From Marsupella aquatica (taxonomy: Eukaryota > Plantae > Marchantiophyta): a stretch of DNA of 64,000 bases. The stretch lies in assembly GCA_973895155.1 (NCBI GenBank), contig OZ316891.1, positions 28,091,145 to 28,155,144 on the forward strand, given 5' to 3'. The stretch's first letter is position 1, and each line of letters begins with the position of its first letter. Positions 10,801 to 24,185 of the stretch are shown one piece after another. A program made the position numbers and the translations under genes. The notes beneath the pieces were generated by a model that ran no database searches, was not told the origin of the DNA, and saw only the letters and a list, made by a program, of their open reading frames with translations.

Positions 10801-13800
10801 CTAATATAAAAGTTCTGGACATGGAAACATTTTTGAGTGCTCGTAAAACCTTAAACAAATAGAGACTAGCCACTTACAGTACCTTGTTACTGGTACATCA
10901 GTTTGCATTCAATTACTTTCCACTGACTTCTCACATGTTGGGCCACTTTGAGAGTCTCACCAAATACTCTAGGGATTTTTCTATTTTTGGGGTCCCATCA
11001 AGCCACTCCACCTTTGGTTCACACTTACCTTTGCTTCACCAGGGTTAGAGAGTGTCCAGGGTTATCAGTGTTCTGCTCCTGAGAACACGATTTTAGTACG
11101 TTTTGACCTGAACGGTAAACGCCACTGTAACATCCCAACGTTCCAGTGGTGAAATTAATTTTGAACCAAAAGTCATCCCTGTGAGGCTGTGACAAAAGGG
11201 GTCTTTCCCGCCACGACCACACGCGAGGGGAAAATTTTCTGACAGTATGACAGTATGACACCCCTACAGTTCCGCACTTACTATGTACCATGGGACAACC
11301 TTGACTGTCAGACTCGCCGTCGTCCCTGTCTCACACGCACGGGCCTTTACAATGTGCGCAGTCCTGGCAGCAACTGACTGTCACAGTCACAGTCACAGTT
11401 CAGGTACACCTTTGTTACCTTGTAGATCTCCGTCAGAATTGCAAGTACACTGTCCAACTAATACCTGTGATGATTACCCCAACACAAAGAAGATCTTAAT
11501 ATTATTATAATAGTCCCTTACCGTCCATTACCACAGGCCTATTAGCAATCCACAAACTAGGCTGGACCCAGCCCTCCTATCTCTAGATTGTCAGGTACCC
11601 ACCAGCGTTATTTTAAGTGGCAAAAATTTGACAAATTTGAACTCACAAAAAAGCTTTCGCCATTTTGGGCGAAAATTAGCTAATATTTTGCTGTCACATT
11701 AGCCACTGTCCCAGCTAATCGCAGGTCCCACTAGCCAAAATCTACAGTAGCTATCATCCTTATATCTAAAGAGATCGGACCGGCAGAAAAAAAATTGGAT
11801 AAGAAATGTTTTGAGCATCTTCTCCTTCACACATTGGACATTAGCCACTCTGGCTAAAACATAAAAACCTTAAAAAATAGGCTGCTACCCACTTCTACCC
11901 ACACCCTGATAAGGTATAGTAAAACTCAATGGCTTCTTTGTGCACACTTCATAAGTGCTGGCTAATTGCAAGGCATCCAGTTCCTCCCCTTTTTCCCTAT
12001 CAATTTTTTTGTGTGCAAAGAGGCCTGCGCTCACAGAAAATAAGTGAAAGCCCTTCAGAAGTGTTTATGAACACTTATGGGTAAACACACAATTCATTGG
12101 ACAATTCCTTCCAATTACACCTCTTTATGAGTACATGTTATTCTCGGGTAGAATAAAGCTATGAAATAGAGTCATGTTTAGGACGGGGATGTAAAGTTTT
12201 TGTAAAAGGAATGTAGATTGTAAAGATGGCCCTAACACCCTAATTGATAAGTGATATTCCCACATTTTTGCATAAAAACCCTCTCCGAATGCAAACTGGG
12301 TATGTTTTCCCAATAGTGTGCATTTAGCGAGAGACGACTATACAAGCATTACAGTACGTTATCCGTACCTTACTGTAATCATTTCACGGCAACAGTTTCA
12401 GCACCGCCATCCGTTCTCCGGGGTCGCTGTCAGGTGGCAGCCGTGTCAGAATCGGTCGGACATGGAAACTGATATTGTCGTGTTGGAATTTCGTAATTAC
12501 ATTTCATACGTACCGTCGATATCCGTGATCGACGATGACAGGATATTTCTGGCATTAGATAATGTTGGTAATGAGATTTGAGCGAATGTGACAAATTCAA
12601 GAAGCGTACCGTACTGGTCCAAGTGTGAAGAGTGCTGACTTGGCACCGGGTTTTAGGGGACTGCTTTCCCGGCAACTTACCGCTGTTGGTCGGTGAGTCG
12701 CTACAGTTGTTGCCGTGAAACGCGGCGTCTGCGCTGACCAGTCGCGTGGAGGGGGTGATGTGCGGCGACGTCAGAATGGACGGTCACAACTTCACAGCTT
12801 GTCGTGATTGCCCACCATCTCCGTCCATATTGTGTTTCGTGTTCCGCCTCTTTGGACCTCTTGTTTGGCCCTTTATAAACTTTGGTGACTTGTTAAAATA
12901 AATATAAAATATAAAATAAACTTTATAGTAAATTAGTCCTTTGCTTGTTCTAAAAAATATATTGAGCAGTAGTTTATTTGATGGACTTGATATTGTTAAT
13001 TTGGTTTGTACTACATGTATCTCGGATAATATTCTTTGAAAGTAGAATGCATGAACCGGAAGAGTTAATAGTCATGATGTTTAGGGACCCTCGGAACATT
13101 GCCTTCCAAATTCCTTGAGTTGGTGTGTGTTCACAGGAGCATTTTTCGTTACATACAAGGATGTCAATGGTTGGGGTAACATACAAACATGATAGCGTGT
13201 GTTTTCACTCCAGGCTGCCAAAAAAAATTTGATCCAGAAACCATATAAAGTGTCTCTAACAATAATTAAAAGGGTAACACAAATATTTGCACAAATAAGC
13301 CATTGATTTTTTATTAACTGATAAATCAAACCTTGATGATTTGTTTGGATGTTTTTAAACTGAAATCCATGGAAACCCCACATAAGAGTCACAGTCAGTC
13401 ATAACATTTGAGCCTAATACCTATCAGTCACTCACTGCTCAAGTGAGCTATCACTACTCATGTGAGCTACCACACAGCCATGCCTCTGATTGATGATTAT
13501 CACTCTGAAAATTGAATTGAGTGTAATTTAAATTCATCAGGGGTTATTTTAGTGTTTCCAGGTTAATTTTTTTGTGCTGTTTAAAAAGTACTTCAATGTC
13601 TTGTTTGTACATCACCATCCTAAGTTGTATTAAAATAGTTTTCAGTGTTGGTAGTCTCAAGTTGTTTTGGCTGAGAGTTTTATGGTGTTGCCTAGCTTGG
13701 GAACATACTCAGAATACAACTTTGAAGAAAAATGGATTTCCCCCAAAAATTCAATGACCCTCAACAAACCAATCAGATGAAAACAAGAAGAGGAAACACA

Positions 13801-13907
13801 GTGGGGTGGAGTGGGGGATGAATTAAAGAAACAAAAAGCTGCTAATTGTTATAAATAATACATTTGTATCCACAGTAAAATTAATTGAGGGACTTTTGAA
13901 TTTATTA

Positions 13908-14299
13908 TCTTACTTATAAAGGGCCAACTACAAGCTCGAGTTGGGGCCTAGCCTCCTAGAGCGAAACCTCTAGACCTTAACTCCATGGCTCATCATGTGT
14001 ATGGGAAAACTCATGAGTATGATGTATGTCAATTGATAATCATGGATCCTTTTTGTCATGACTTTTATTAACATTAAAAAGTGTACTCTATGGCCCCACC
14101 ATAACATATGTGCATAGAAAGAGTGATGTGCATAGAAAAGAGCATGGTATGTTATGTATAATTATTAAAATGATGACATGCATCATGGCTTTTTTATCAT
14201 TTCATTAACCTTCAAAGAATGTGAACAAGAAATACATTTTGGTGGCATTTTTATTGTCCTCCCCGCTATTCACATTCAAGAACGGGTAATCCGGGCTAG
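13908..14299 (+). mobile_element. Short non-autonomous Helitron-like element
   Basis: A|TCTTACTTATAAAG 5' end, family hairpin CTAGAG-CGAAAC-CTCTAG, and CCCG..CGGG followed by CTAG|T at the 3' end. A|T insertion with no TSD. Confidence 0.7.
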
Positions 14300-14774
14300 T
14301 GACCTGTAAGAGGCAAACTGTGACAAATACCTATTGTCAACAAGTGGAAAAGTGAATCATCAGTTGACCTGGTAAAGGATGCAAACATAATGACTTTAAG
14401 TGTAAATAATGAGTTCTGTGTTCCTATATATTGGAGCATACCTTTACCAGGCCATTGTTAGGAATTGAATCATTTCTGTATATATCTGTCTGCCATTATT
14501 CCAAAAAAATCATCCCCATAGGTCCAAATGGGGTCCACAAACTAATCACCTTCATCTGTGCCACAAACTTGGGGAAAGCATTTTGTATAAATTTGATCAC
14601 ATCTCTAGTGGATATGGGAGAAAAAGGAAGGTATGTGCTTATTGGACCCCAAGACCAAACTTTTCTCCTAACCAACCCCGTGAGGTTTTTGGTAGGTTTA
14701 ATTTGAGGTCTAGTAAGGCTCTGGATCACTTAGGTCCCATCATGTAACACTTTTTATTTGGGGGCCACATCAAG

Positions 14775-15726
14775 TATATATATACCTAGAAAAAAGGGAA
14801 GTAAAAGCAAAAGACAGGACAAAAAGAAACTCAAAAGAAGAGGGCAAATGCAATTCACAACAACCCAGAAAGAAGAAAAAACAACTTTATTTATAGAACA
14901 AGGAACGAAAATGTATAATTCAGGGAAAAACAAAGTACAATGAAAGGAAAGAAAAAGAGTTCCAAAGTGTACAAACACATAACCAGAAAAAAGAAAAGTA
15001 AGTGTAAACCTGAAAAAGATGAATAAAAAGAGAAAAGTGTCAAACACTACATGAGTGCAAACTCAATAACTAGTGTCTACATTGGAATATGTGACAAAAG
15101 CTAATAGTTCACATCCAATGTCCTAACCAAATCAGCAAGTGGGACAGGAATGTCCTCTAGGGGGCCTAGCGTCTGCGGGGGCACAAAGGTGCCCACTGTT
15201 AGGGATCGCCTATAAATGGCTCGAGCTTGGGCACGCTGTAAGGCCACTAAAATGCACTGACAAAGGTATGTGGTCAAGATGGATAGTGGGGGTCCGGAGG
15301 AATCCATCCGTCCGTGAATATCACGAGTAGCCTGTTGAAGGAGCCCATCAAACTGATGATGAAGACACCCAAAGAGCTCAATAGCGAGGGGGAGAAAGGT
15401 ATCAGATGAAGCTCGAGCGATATATTTTGCCTTCTTTGCCAAGGCTGCCCAGATGCCGTTGCCCCTGCCATTGTCGCCGCTAACTCAATGAGATTCGGAT
15501 GCAAAGGGTTTGTGACCACAACATCTGCCAAAGTACGTCGACCATGGCAGACCATGGTCAAATCAACCTGCAATCGTTGTGGGGGAAGACCAGGTAGCTC
15601 AAGCATCACCTTTCGTCACATGTGTACCAAAGACCCTGAGAGAACCTGAGGAGTAGCATCTCATATAACATCATGAACAACAATGGTTTCACCGCCCAAA
15701 CTACATCGAAAAAGATGGACATACCA
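14775..15726 (-). mobile_element. 5'-truncated CRE-like non-LTR retroelement (end of CCHC knuckle plus restriction-like endonuclease), degenerate
   Basis: HLFRCSLGGETIVVHDVI*D...QRLQVDLTM..LADVVVTNP, frameshift, then KKAKY..FLPLAIELFG..ILVALQRAQARAI. T-rich 3'UTR ends in (TA)n. Homologous to the 60391 ORF. Confidence 0.85.
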
Positions 15727-18043
15727 CAAGTAAACTTTCTTCCACCTTCACTTTCATTTCTCAAGTACTAGCCGCTTGTGGTATCATTAGAAATTCTCAA
15801 CTGTTTTGTCCATCATAGTACTTTGGAGAATTTTGTAATTTTTTGGAAATTACTTGAGCTCGGAGTCCTATTTCAAAGCTGCTTTCTAGGCTTTGGACAT
15901 AGATCCTCCTATTGTTGTATTGTACACCAACAAGTCAGTGTCAAGAATTTCACATGCCACTGAATTTAAAAGGTTGCAAATGACATAACTCATCATATTT
16001 TCCATAATGCCATGAAACCCAGGTGCCCAGGTGACTTAGTGGTACTTAAACCACCACAGTCCATCACAAAAACCTGGTTCCACCAGGTTTCTTAATTTAG
16101 GGTACATTCCAGCTCCAGGCATTCCTGACTATTTTCGGCCGGTTGCACTTTTTGGCCCCGCCGGTCAGTTGTACACTTGTCCCAGTGTCCCTACTCATTT
16201 GCGGAGGGCACGACTGTGGAGCTGAGTTGAGCAAGTCCTTGTTGAGGAGCCTAGTTGAGAAGTGAGTGTCCAGAGCCGAGTCCTCCCATGCTGCACAGGT
16301 TTTCAGAAGCATACTTCAGCACGTCTACTCTGCCCATGCTGCGCAAGTCGGAGCAGAGTCTATCAATTCCCCTTCTCCAATATTGTGTCAGGTTTGTAAA
16401 GCAGCAAGTAGAAAGCTTCTAGTATATTATCAATAGAGTATTTCATCTTTTCTGCAGACAACAAAAGAAGTACTTAGCAGAATCTGACTCCTTTCCATTG
16501 GAGTCGACAAGCGCTCGTAATCAGGCTCTACGAATGGATCGTAATTCTTTACATGCATCGGAATCCTTGATCCACTGATTGATCACGGATTGTTATAATA
16601 TCTCAATTTTTATAAAACTCTTTTGATGATGATCGGATCACCTATCTTTCAGAAATTGATTTCTCAGCATCTCAGTGTTCAAACATCAGTTGCGCCAGCA
16701 TTGTCACGAGGTAAAGGTATGGACCAGGGATTGTAGGATAGGACCACTGCAGTCTCAACAAAAAAGCTGAGCCAGCGTGTGAGTGTAGCAAAATAATTAT
16801 CCGGCTTGATTTTCAAAACAGGACCAAATCTATCTTGGGCTCAGAGGCTGAGTGTCGGATGCATGTAGTCAGGTGTGTCCGTGACCTTCATTTCCACCAC
16901 AAGCTCAACACTTGCCCATGACCAGAGGACAAAGAGCTACAAATTTGCAATTGAAGATTTATAATACTCTGGGGGATTGAATTACCAGAACAGGAATTGT
17001 CAAGGAGGCTACTTTTCTACGACCACCCTACCATTTTGCTGTCTCAATGTGATCTTCCGCTGTCATACTGTCCGTTTGTGTGACGAACTCTGAATTAATC
17101 ATTGGACTTGTATCCCATCGGCCATTGCCTTCAATTGAATCTGATGAACTCTCCATCCTTCTCTGATTAGGGTTGGGAACTAAGTTCATGACGTATACCA
17201 GATGGAATGGAAGATTGGAGTCAAAAAACCCAGTCATTCGACAATTCAGCTTTTTTTACTCCAATCACACTTGCTTACTTGGCCTCCCATCTGCAGTGGG
17301 AATAAGTCTATCTCACTCACAACACATTAGCCCAATGAAATGAACTTACTTTGTCCCGGTGTGGCCAATCATGCTCACTTATTGGTGCTCAGTAATGCCT
17401 TGCCCATGCTTAGTGTGCCTGCCCATGCCTAGTATTTTTGTTCACAGGTCACACAGGTTGTGTATATAGACTGAATATTTCTAGTTCTTCTCTCATTATG
17501 TTGCGCCTACTCTTTCTGTTTAGGAGACTATGCAACATGTAATACATACACCCTAAGTACCCATCCCCTTCATACAAATGTTCACCACTTACTAAGTCCT
17601 CATGTGCACCACTTATGAAGTCCTCATGATTGTGCACTAACAAGATTTTCTTCAGTGGTTGCTATTTTATGCCCATACTCTAAAGATGTCCTAGGCAGTG
17701 CCACAAGTAATACATACACCTTACCTCATCCCTTCATACACTAGACATGCTCGCCACTTACCAAGTCTTCATGTGCACCAATTATCATGTTGTAATCATT
17801 GTGCACCAGTTAGGAAGTCCTCATGTGCATAAGAAAGCTCAGAACTCAATACTTTACTTTGACTTAGCCAAGTCACACGGCTGCCGTTAGAGTTACTTGT
17901 TCTCCAAGATGAGTTTTAGGCTTCTTGGCTAATGGACCGAATGCCACTTCACGAAATCATTGCTGAAGTCCAAATCTGGAAATTGGGCATATTGCCTAGA
18001 TACCGGCAAAGTCGCAGGGATTCACCATCTTTGTTAGTTTTAG

Positions 18044-19417
18044 TGGTGGACCTCGCCACCCAGCGCACTCACAAATCCCAGCACATGCGCCTAAGTACCC
18101 TTGGTGCCCGAAGCCTCCACGGAATACCTAGAGCAAGCATCCAAGTGCCTCTAGCACCACCTGCGGCCCCTCCCATACGAAGCCGCACTTGCTCACCTAC
18201 ATGACCGCTACTCAACGGTCCTCATTGTCTGCACAAGCAACCAAGCACCTCGGTAAGTAACCCCTCCGGATCTAGAACTCGCCAAGTCTAGCATCCTAAC
18301 TCAAGCTCAATAGACGTTGGTAAATAGGTCAGCAATAGGTCCTCTCGATGCCATAAGCCGGAACCAGAACCCACGCCCACTGTCCGTCCAGGACAGCTCC
18401 TTCCTTGGGCGCGGCCCGGGTTCCCCCTCGTACCTATCCATCACCAACTGACCGCCCTGACCTCAGGACATGCTCATGGCCCAAATGGCGTAGCTTGTCC
18501 TAAAGCTTGTCCCAAGCTTGTCTCAACACGCCGGGACCAGAACGGCCCCAACTCTAACACCCACTCCCGGTTCGCCCCACTGATGGACTAGGGACCGAGC
18601 GCCCTTGGGACTCAGCCTCCATACCTACTTGGCCTTGCCTCCCCAACGCAAGCTCCCCGGGGAGGCTGAACGCGGCTTGGCTGCTGTTCGGCAGGATTTG
18701 GCAAACGGGCGAGCTAACACCCGCAAACCATGAGAACCCATGGCACCCCCAGACCCAACTGAGCTAAGGAGGGCGTAGCCCTTCTCGAGAGCTTTCCAAC
18801 GCACCTAAGAAGTCCTCCAACGGACTTCCCGTTGGGAAGATATCGCAATTTCCGTTTGGCGGTTTCTCTTAGTGTTGCGACCGCCACGGCTCACGACTTC
18901 GGCTCGACCTTAGCCCCCAGGGAGACACCACTCCCCTCATATATGCTTCTAGAGACCTGCCACCCCCGGACCAACTTTGGTCCCTAAACATTTGGCCCCC
19001 AACCCGGATCCCATCGCGCATAATGGGCGCGCCACCAACTGACATCGCCCATAACTTTCTTGATAGGCATCCGCAAGCGGAGTGCCTTAGCCCGTTGTGA
19101 CCGGGCCGACCCCGTGCTCATGCCTGGGCCCTCAGGTCTGATCGCCGCTCGGGGCCCCTGACCGGCCCAACCCGGATCGGGCCACAACTTGCGCCCCAAG
19201 CGTCCGTTACCAATGGCGTCAACTCCATTGGCCTTGGGCCCAAGAGGAGCTCACTTCCAAGCCCTCAGAACTCAAAGCCCATCCGACGGTCCGGACGACC
19301 ATCCTTGAGCCCGACCCATTTCCCCTTGACCCGACCAGCCATAGGCTAGTCTAAGTCCTTAGTTTGTGTCCTCAGCTTGGCCCCTTGCCTCGCCAGTGCC
19401 ACGTCTCATTGTCCACA
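18044..19417 (-). mobile_element. Probable 3' LTR of a Gypsy-like element
   Basis: On the minus strand a purine tract GGGGAGACT is followed by TGTGGAC (19417), and the end GTCCACCA lies at 18044. GC-rich block with no coding domain. Confidence 0.5.
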
Positions 19418-19936
19418 AGTCTCCCCATGCTAAGTCCTCCCCGAATGGCCTATCCGGGCCTGGACCATAAGGGAGCTCGGTGTCAGAGTCAGCGACGTCG
19501 GAGCTAAGTGTTAAGGTAGTCGAGTTCCGCGACTGCTTTTGTCCCTTACCAACGGTGTGATTTTTTGTGTCCCATGGCCAAACTGACTTCAACATTTTGT
19601 AATAATGTTCACACGAGTGTTCGATGAGCATTACTCCTAGCACGAACCTGAGTGAATTGCTTCTAACTTTCCGAATCCCACAAAACATGCAAGGGCAGCC
19701 CGATGCCACAATCTTCTTTGAGCATGATGATATAAACTCCTAAAAATTGCCTTCCACGTCTTGTCGGAAGCTCCGTGGTGGAGAAAGTTTTGCCTCCCTG
19801 ATGTCTATGAAGTTCCCGGAGTTGAGCCATGTTAATTGATGGCCGACAAATTGCAAACATGAATATAGACTCAGCCGACGAGTTGCCCAGGAAACACGAT
19901 CTCATGATTCAAGACAATTTCTTTCCGTCTTTGAAG

Positions 19937-20280
19937 TGTTAGATATTGCTCTAGTCTTGTGACTCATGAGCTAACTACACTTAGGTTAACTCGGGTTAGG
20001 ACTTAGCTATTGTTAGTGGTAGTGCTGTTGTGTATATAGCCAGGGCTGATGCCAGACCCTAGTGAAACTTAGGCTCATTGTTACGGAGCTAGTTGAGAGA
20101 TAGGGAGAGCTTGTGCTGTGGATGCTTGGTATGGCCGGTTGGCCTAGAGTGCAGTAAAGCTCTTGTGTGTTCCCGTGGACGTAGCCTCATGTGGAGGTGA
20201 ACCACGTATCTCTCTGTGTCGACTATTGTGCGTTGGATGGTTCATGGGCTTGCTGTTACGAATGTCGTCTATGCTTAACA
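19937..20280 (+). mobile_element. Copia solo LTR (344 bp), same family as the element at 1-1629
   Basis: TGTTAG...TTAACA flanked by TGAAG / CGAAG, a 5-bp TSD with one C/T difference. Confidence 0.92.
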
Positions 20281-22749
20281 CGAAGATGATCCTTGTTGTA
20301 TTGGGGCAGTTATATGCCAGTAGTTGGATCCACACGAAACCAAGATCAAAGCAGGATTCAAACTCGGCTGCTGGTGAAGGCCATAGCTATCCTACCGTGG
20401 TTTTGATGTTTGAAGCTATCGAGAGATCAGGAATTGTTTGAGAGCAGGAATTGCTTCAATTCTGGGACCAACATCCTGCCTGACTATTGTTTTGAGTCTT
20501 GTGGCAAAGCCTTTTGAGTACCACAAGTAATTTGGCGATGTCCTGTATTCCTGTTTTTTTACCGGAGTTGATGGTAAATTGAAGAGAGCGATTTGGTCAG
20601 TAATAACTGGGTCTTATTGAGTAGAAAATTGACGCAACTTCAAGAAATGGATATGTTTACTTGTAACTTGGATTGTAGCCAATGATAGTCAATCAGAGAA
20701 TTGAATTTGGGTACTGTAAACTGAGCAGGTCCCAGCTTGAAGACATTGATTTGGTTACTCATAGCTTGCATTTTCGTTGTAGACCTGTACCAAATGGCCA
20801 CTGTGAGAAATAGATTGCAACACTGTGAACTTTGCACTTCTGTCAAGGTGTTTTCTCAATACTTGAACGAAAACTGAAGCATTTAAATTAGAATTTGCTT
20901 TCAATATTAGATGGCTAATGAAGAGTTGAAAATATATTGTCTTTCACACAACACCGCATTGTTTAGACTCTTGAATGTCTTCTGTGGAGCAAGGACAAGA
21001 TTATCACACAACACCGCATCGAGCAAGTACAGAATTATCCATCCTCATTTTTTGGATGTGACAAATTACCAATGAACAACCAATGGCCAACTGCTGCATG
21101 TAAAATGTCCAGGAAAAAAGGACCTATTATTTTTTCAGTAGAATGGAATGAAACAGACACGCTTCATACTAGAAGGAGAATAATGGTAACCCAAGAGCTA
21201 TACTTACATTTTTTGAGTTCCACAAGTAATCTGGCAATGTCCCGTCAAGGTAACATAGGAACAAGAGCTTTGATCTGTGCAATTTGAGTAAAAGAGGACT
21301 TGTGCAGTGTTCCAGGATGTCGCAATGTTCACCTTCCATGGCCATGGAGCTCTGCCTGGTTCTGGCAAGCCTTAGTGGGGCAGGCGGAGAGTGGGGCCAC
21401 AGAACTACAATGGACAGCAAGTGAGACAATGAACTGATCGCAGCTTGGCATTTCTCTTATTTATATGAACAGTGGCTGTTTAAAGCTCACAATACAGGAC
21501 TGGTCACATTTAACCTTGGTGCAGCTTGCTAGAGGTCAAAAGGACAGGTGCAACTCCAAAATCATCTCCAGAACTTGCACAACTAGAATTCCTTGTGGAG
21601 TTTGACAAACGGTAAATCTTGTGAGCATGGTAGAATTATTTGTGAAGGACACGGTGACAAGCACAAGAAGAATTCGCCAAGTTGGGTACCCAATCATTTG
21701 ATTTCAATGTTGTCTTTGAAGCATTTATAGTCAGGGCTCCTTTTTTTACCATATCAGACCGTAAAATTCACCCTTGCCAAAGTCTCCACTTCACCAGTGA
21801 AATAAAACATCGACAGGAATGACAGTCAAAAGGTGAAGCATGTAATCAATAAGGAGGTAATGGCAGCAACAGGTGATGATGGCGCAGACAGATTACAGAG
21901 GGACATCTAGATTTGCGCAAAAAAATCATAATTAATAACATTTTGGGCATACTGACAATACCTTGGTGACCCTGGGAAATCCAAAAAACCAATTCTCGTG
22001 TAAACTTTAAGAATATTCTAACTGTCTTGGTGTATTCGCTCACGCGTATGCATGTTCCAAAAACTGAAAATAGGATAATACTAGCCTGACCTTGGGTTAT
22101 TTGTTAAATGGAAAATAATTAATGTGTTGCGTAGGTCGGGAGTGCCGGGTGTACCCTATGTCACAGGAACCACTGGTATCAATTATACTCTTACTACAGT
22201 AGTCGCATTCTTTTTAATTGCATTCCTCTGACTTATCCTATGTGTTTCTCAAAATTCACAGTTTCGTCTTTTTCCAGGCAATCCCCTTCTTTAGGAAATT
22301 GACTATATATAATGATACATATTCACTAAAAGTTAGTTTATAGCATTCTGGCTCCCGCGGGCAGGATTAGAAATCATAGTATATAAGATAAGATAAAATG
22401 GGAGATGTTTTTCGAAGGACTCACCAGGTAATTTGTGAGTTAAATGGTCGGTGCACCGAACTTTCCGATAAAACTTTATTTGGTGCTTAACCCCTAAACG
22501 CTTATCGAATATCTCACCCAATTCTTTTAGGGAACCCTCTAACGTCGTTACCATCGTTACCACTATCCCAAGAGTCCTGACGTGTAGTGCGCAACTCTGC
22601 GATGTTTCCAAATAACTTGTCCCTTCTAATTAATGAATCTCATCAATGTCATCCATTGAAGTCCAATGACACGATGCTCCCCATACTGTAACGTACTAAC
22701 GTACTGCATTACGGAAACTTGGTCAAGCTGGAGAGAGGGAAAGAGGGGC

Positions 22750-24185
22750 GTCATGATTTCATGATGATCTAGAATTCTAGATTGTCGTATCATGGCCTCT
22801 ATCTGGGATGTGAGAGCTCCCTCTATCCCCATAAACTCAAAACTGGAGGCAAAAGCCACTTACAGCTTGACATTTGCTACGCCCGAGGTACTTTACTATG
22901 ATCCTATCGAGACGAGGATTCCCATATGAAAGCCTGGAAAGAAAACAAAGCTGGTGGAGCTTGAGAGGGGGGTGTCAGGACTTCATGATGATCTAGTATT
23001 CTAGATTGTCGTATGATGGCCTTTGTCTGAGACCACTATCCCTTCAAACTTCAAATCTGCTCTATCTATAAAATTAAAAACTTGAAGTAGGTGAACAGTC
23101 CACTTAGAGCTTGAAATCTTCTACGCCCGAGGTACTTTTTTTTGTCCCAATCGAGACGAGATTCTCATTTTAATGCATGGAAAGGAAAAAAACCTCGTAG
23201 AACAACTTGAGAGAGGGTTGTCAGGATTTCATGATGATCTAGAATTCTAGATTGTCGTATGATGGCCTCTATCTGAGAGCTCCCTCTATCCCCAGAAAAT
23301 TAAAATTATGAGTTGGTGAACAGTTCACTTACAGCTTTACTTTTGCTACGCCCAAGATTTCCCATACGTAAAGCATGGAAAGGAAAAGATGTGGTGGAAC
23401 TTGAGAACGTGAACGAGGGGTATCCCGACTTCATGATGATGTACTCCTTTACGGCTATTAGTGTTACAGTAACTCTGATGAATAAAATTGGGCTCTACGA
23501 ATGAACAACCCTAACACTACTTTCGCGTGCATCTATTATTATTGCTATGTAGCACTACCCCTAAAAAGTTGTAGGAGCTTAGATAAATGCTGCTTTTGAA
23601 GTTCTCCTCCATCACCTTGCCAAACAAATCTCTGCCATTTGCACACAGCTCATAGAGTACATTTTGGACAGAATTACTTCACTTCCACGTGTTTGCTGAT
23701 TCCCAACTAGATTGCATGCTTTCCACACCCCTAATGGAGGTTGCTGTCAACACCTCGGAGTAATCAAGGAGTTCAGTGACACTCTACTGCACCATTGAAT
23801 GTTGTCTTTGCTGAAGCGTGTTACTTGCAGCTTAAACCACAAGTGAAACAAAGACAGTTTTGGAAACCGTTTTACTTGCAGCTTAAACCACAAGTGAAAG
23901 AAAGACACTTTCGTAAACCTACAAGGATTAATATTACTTTGGACTTGAAGTCAAGTCCACCAAATTTAATGGAACTAACACTAATTTCTTTTTTGGCATT
24001 AATAACGTTTATTCCTGTACCAGCCTAGTTTGCATGCGATGGCTCTATTTGAGAGCACCCTCTATCCCCGTAAAGCTCCAGATTAGGTGATCATTGCACT
24101 TACAGCCTAACGTTTGCTATGCCCGAAGTACTTGACTCTGTCCGTAGCTCTACGAGAATTCACATACTAAAGCATGGAAAGAAAC
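22750..24185 (+). repeat. Degenerate tandem repeat, ~200-245-bp unit
   Basis: TTCATGATGAT(CTAG) at ~22758, 22982, 23228 and 23430, with a further partial unit at ~24040-24185 sharing CCTCTATCCCC, CACTTACAGC and GCATGGAAAG. Confidence 0.85.

Larger units (their letters stand above)
16098..22158. mobile_element. Candidate ~6-kb TIR DNA element carrying nested LTRs
   Basis: The left end TAGGGTACA..CCAGGCATTCCTGACTA resembles the reverse complement of the right end, TAGGGTACACCCGGCACTCCCGACCTA. No transposase recognised. Confidence 0.4.

Noticed and set aside
12382-12720. 13-bp inverted repeat TTTCACGGCAACA in a CpG-rich island
   Set aside because: No TSD, no extension of the match, and no second copy in the window.
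20144-20441. Repeated short ORFs MCVPVDVASCGGEPR and antisense equivalents (also 1156-1404 and 42097-42387)
   Set aside because: Incidental translations of the LTR sequence.
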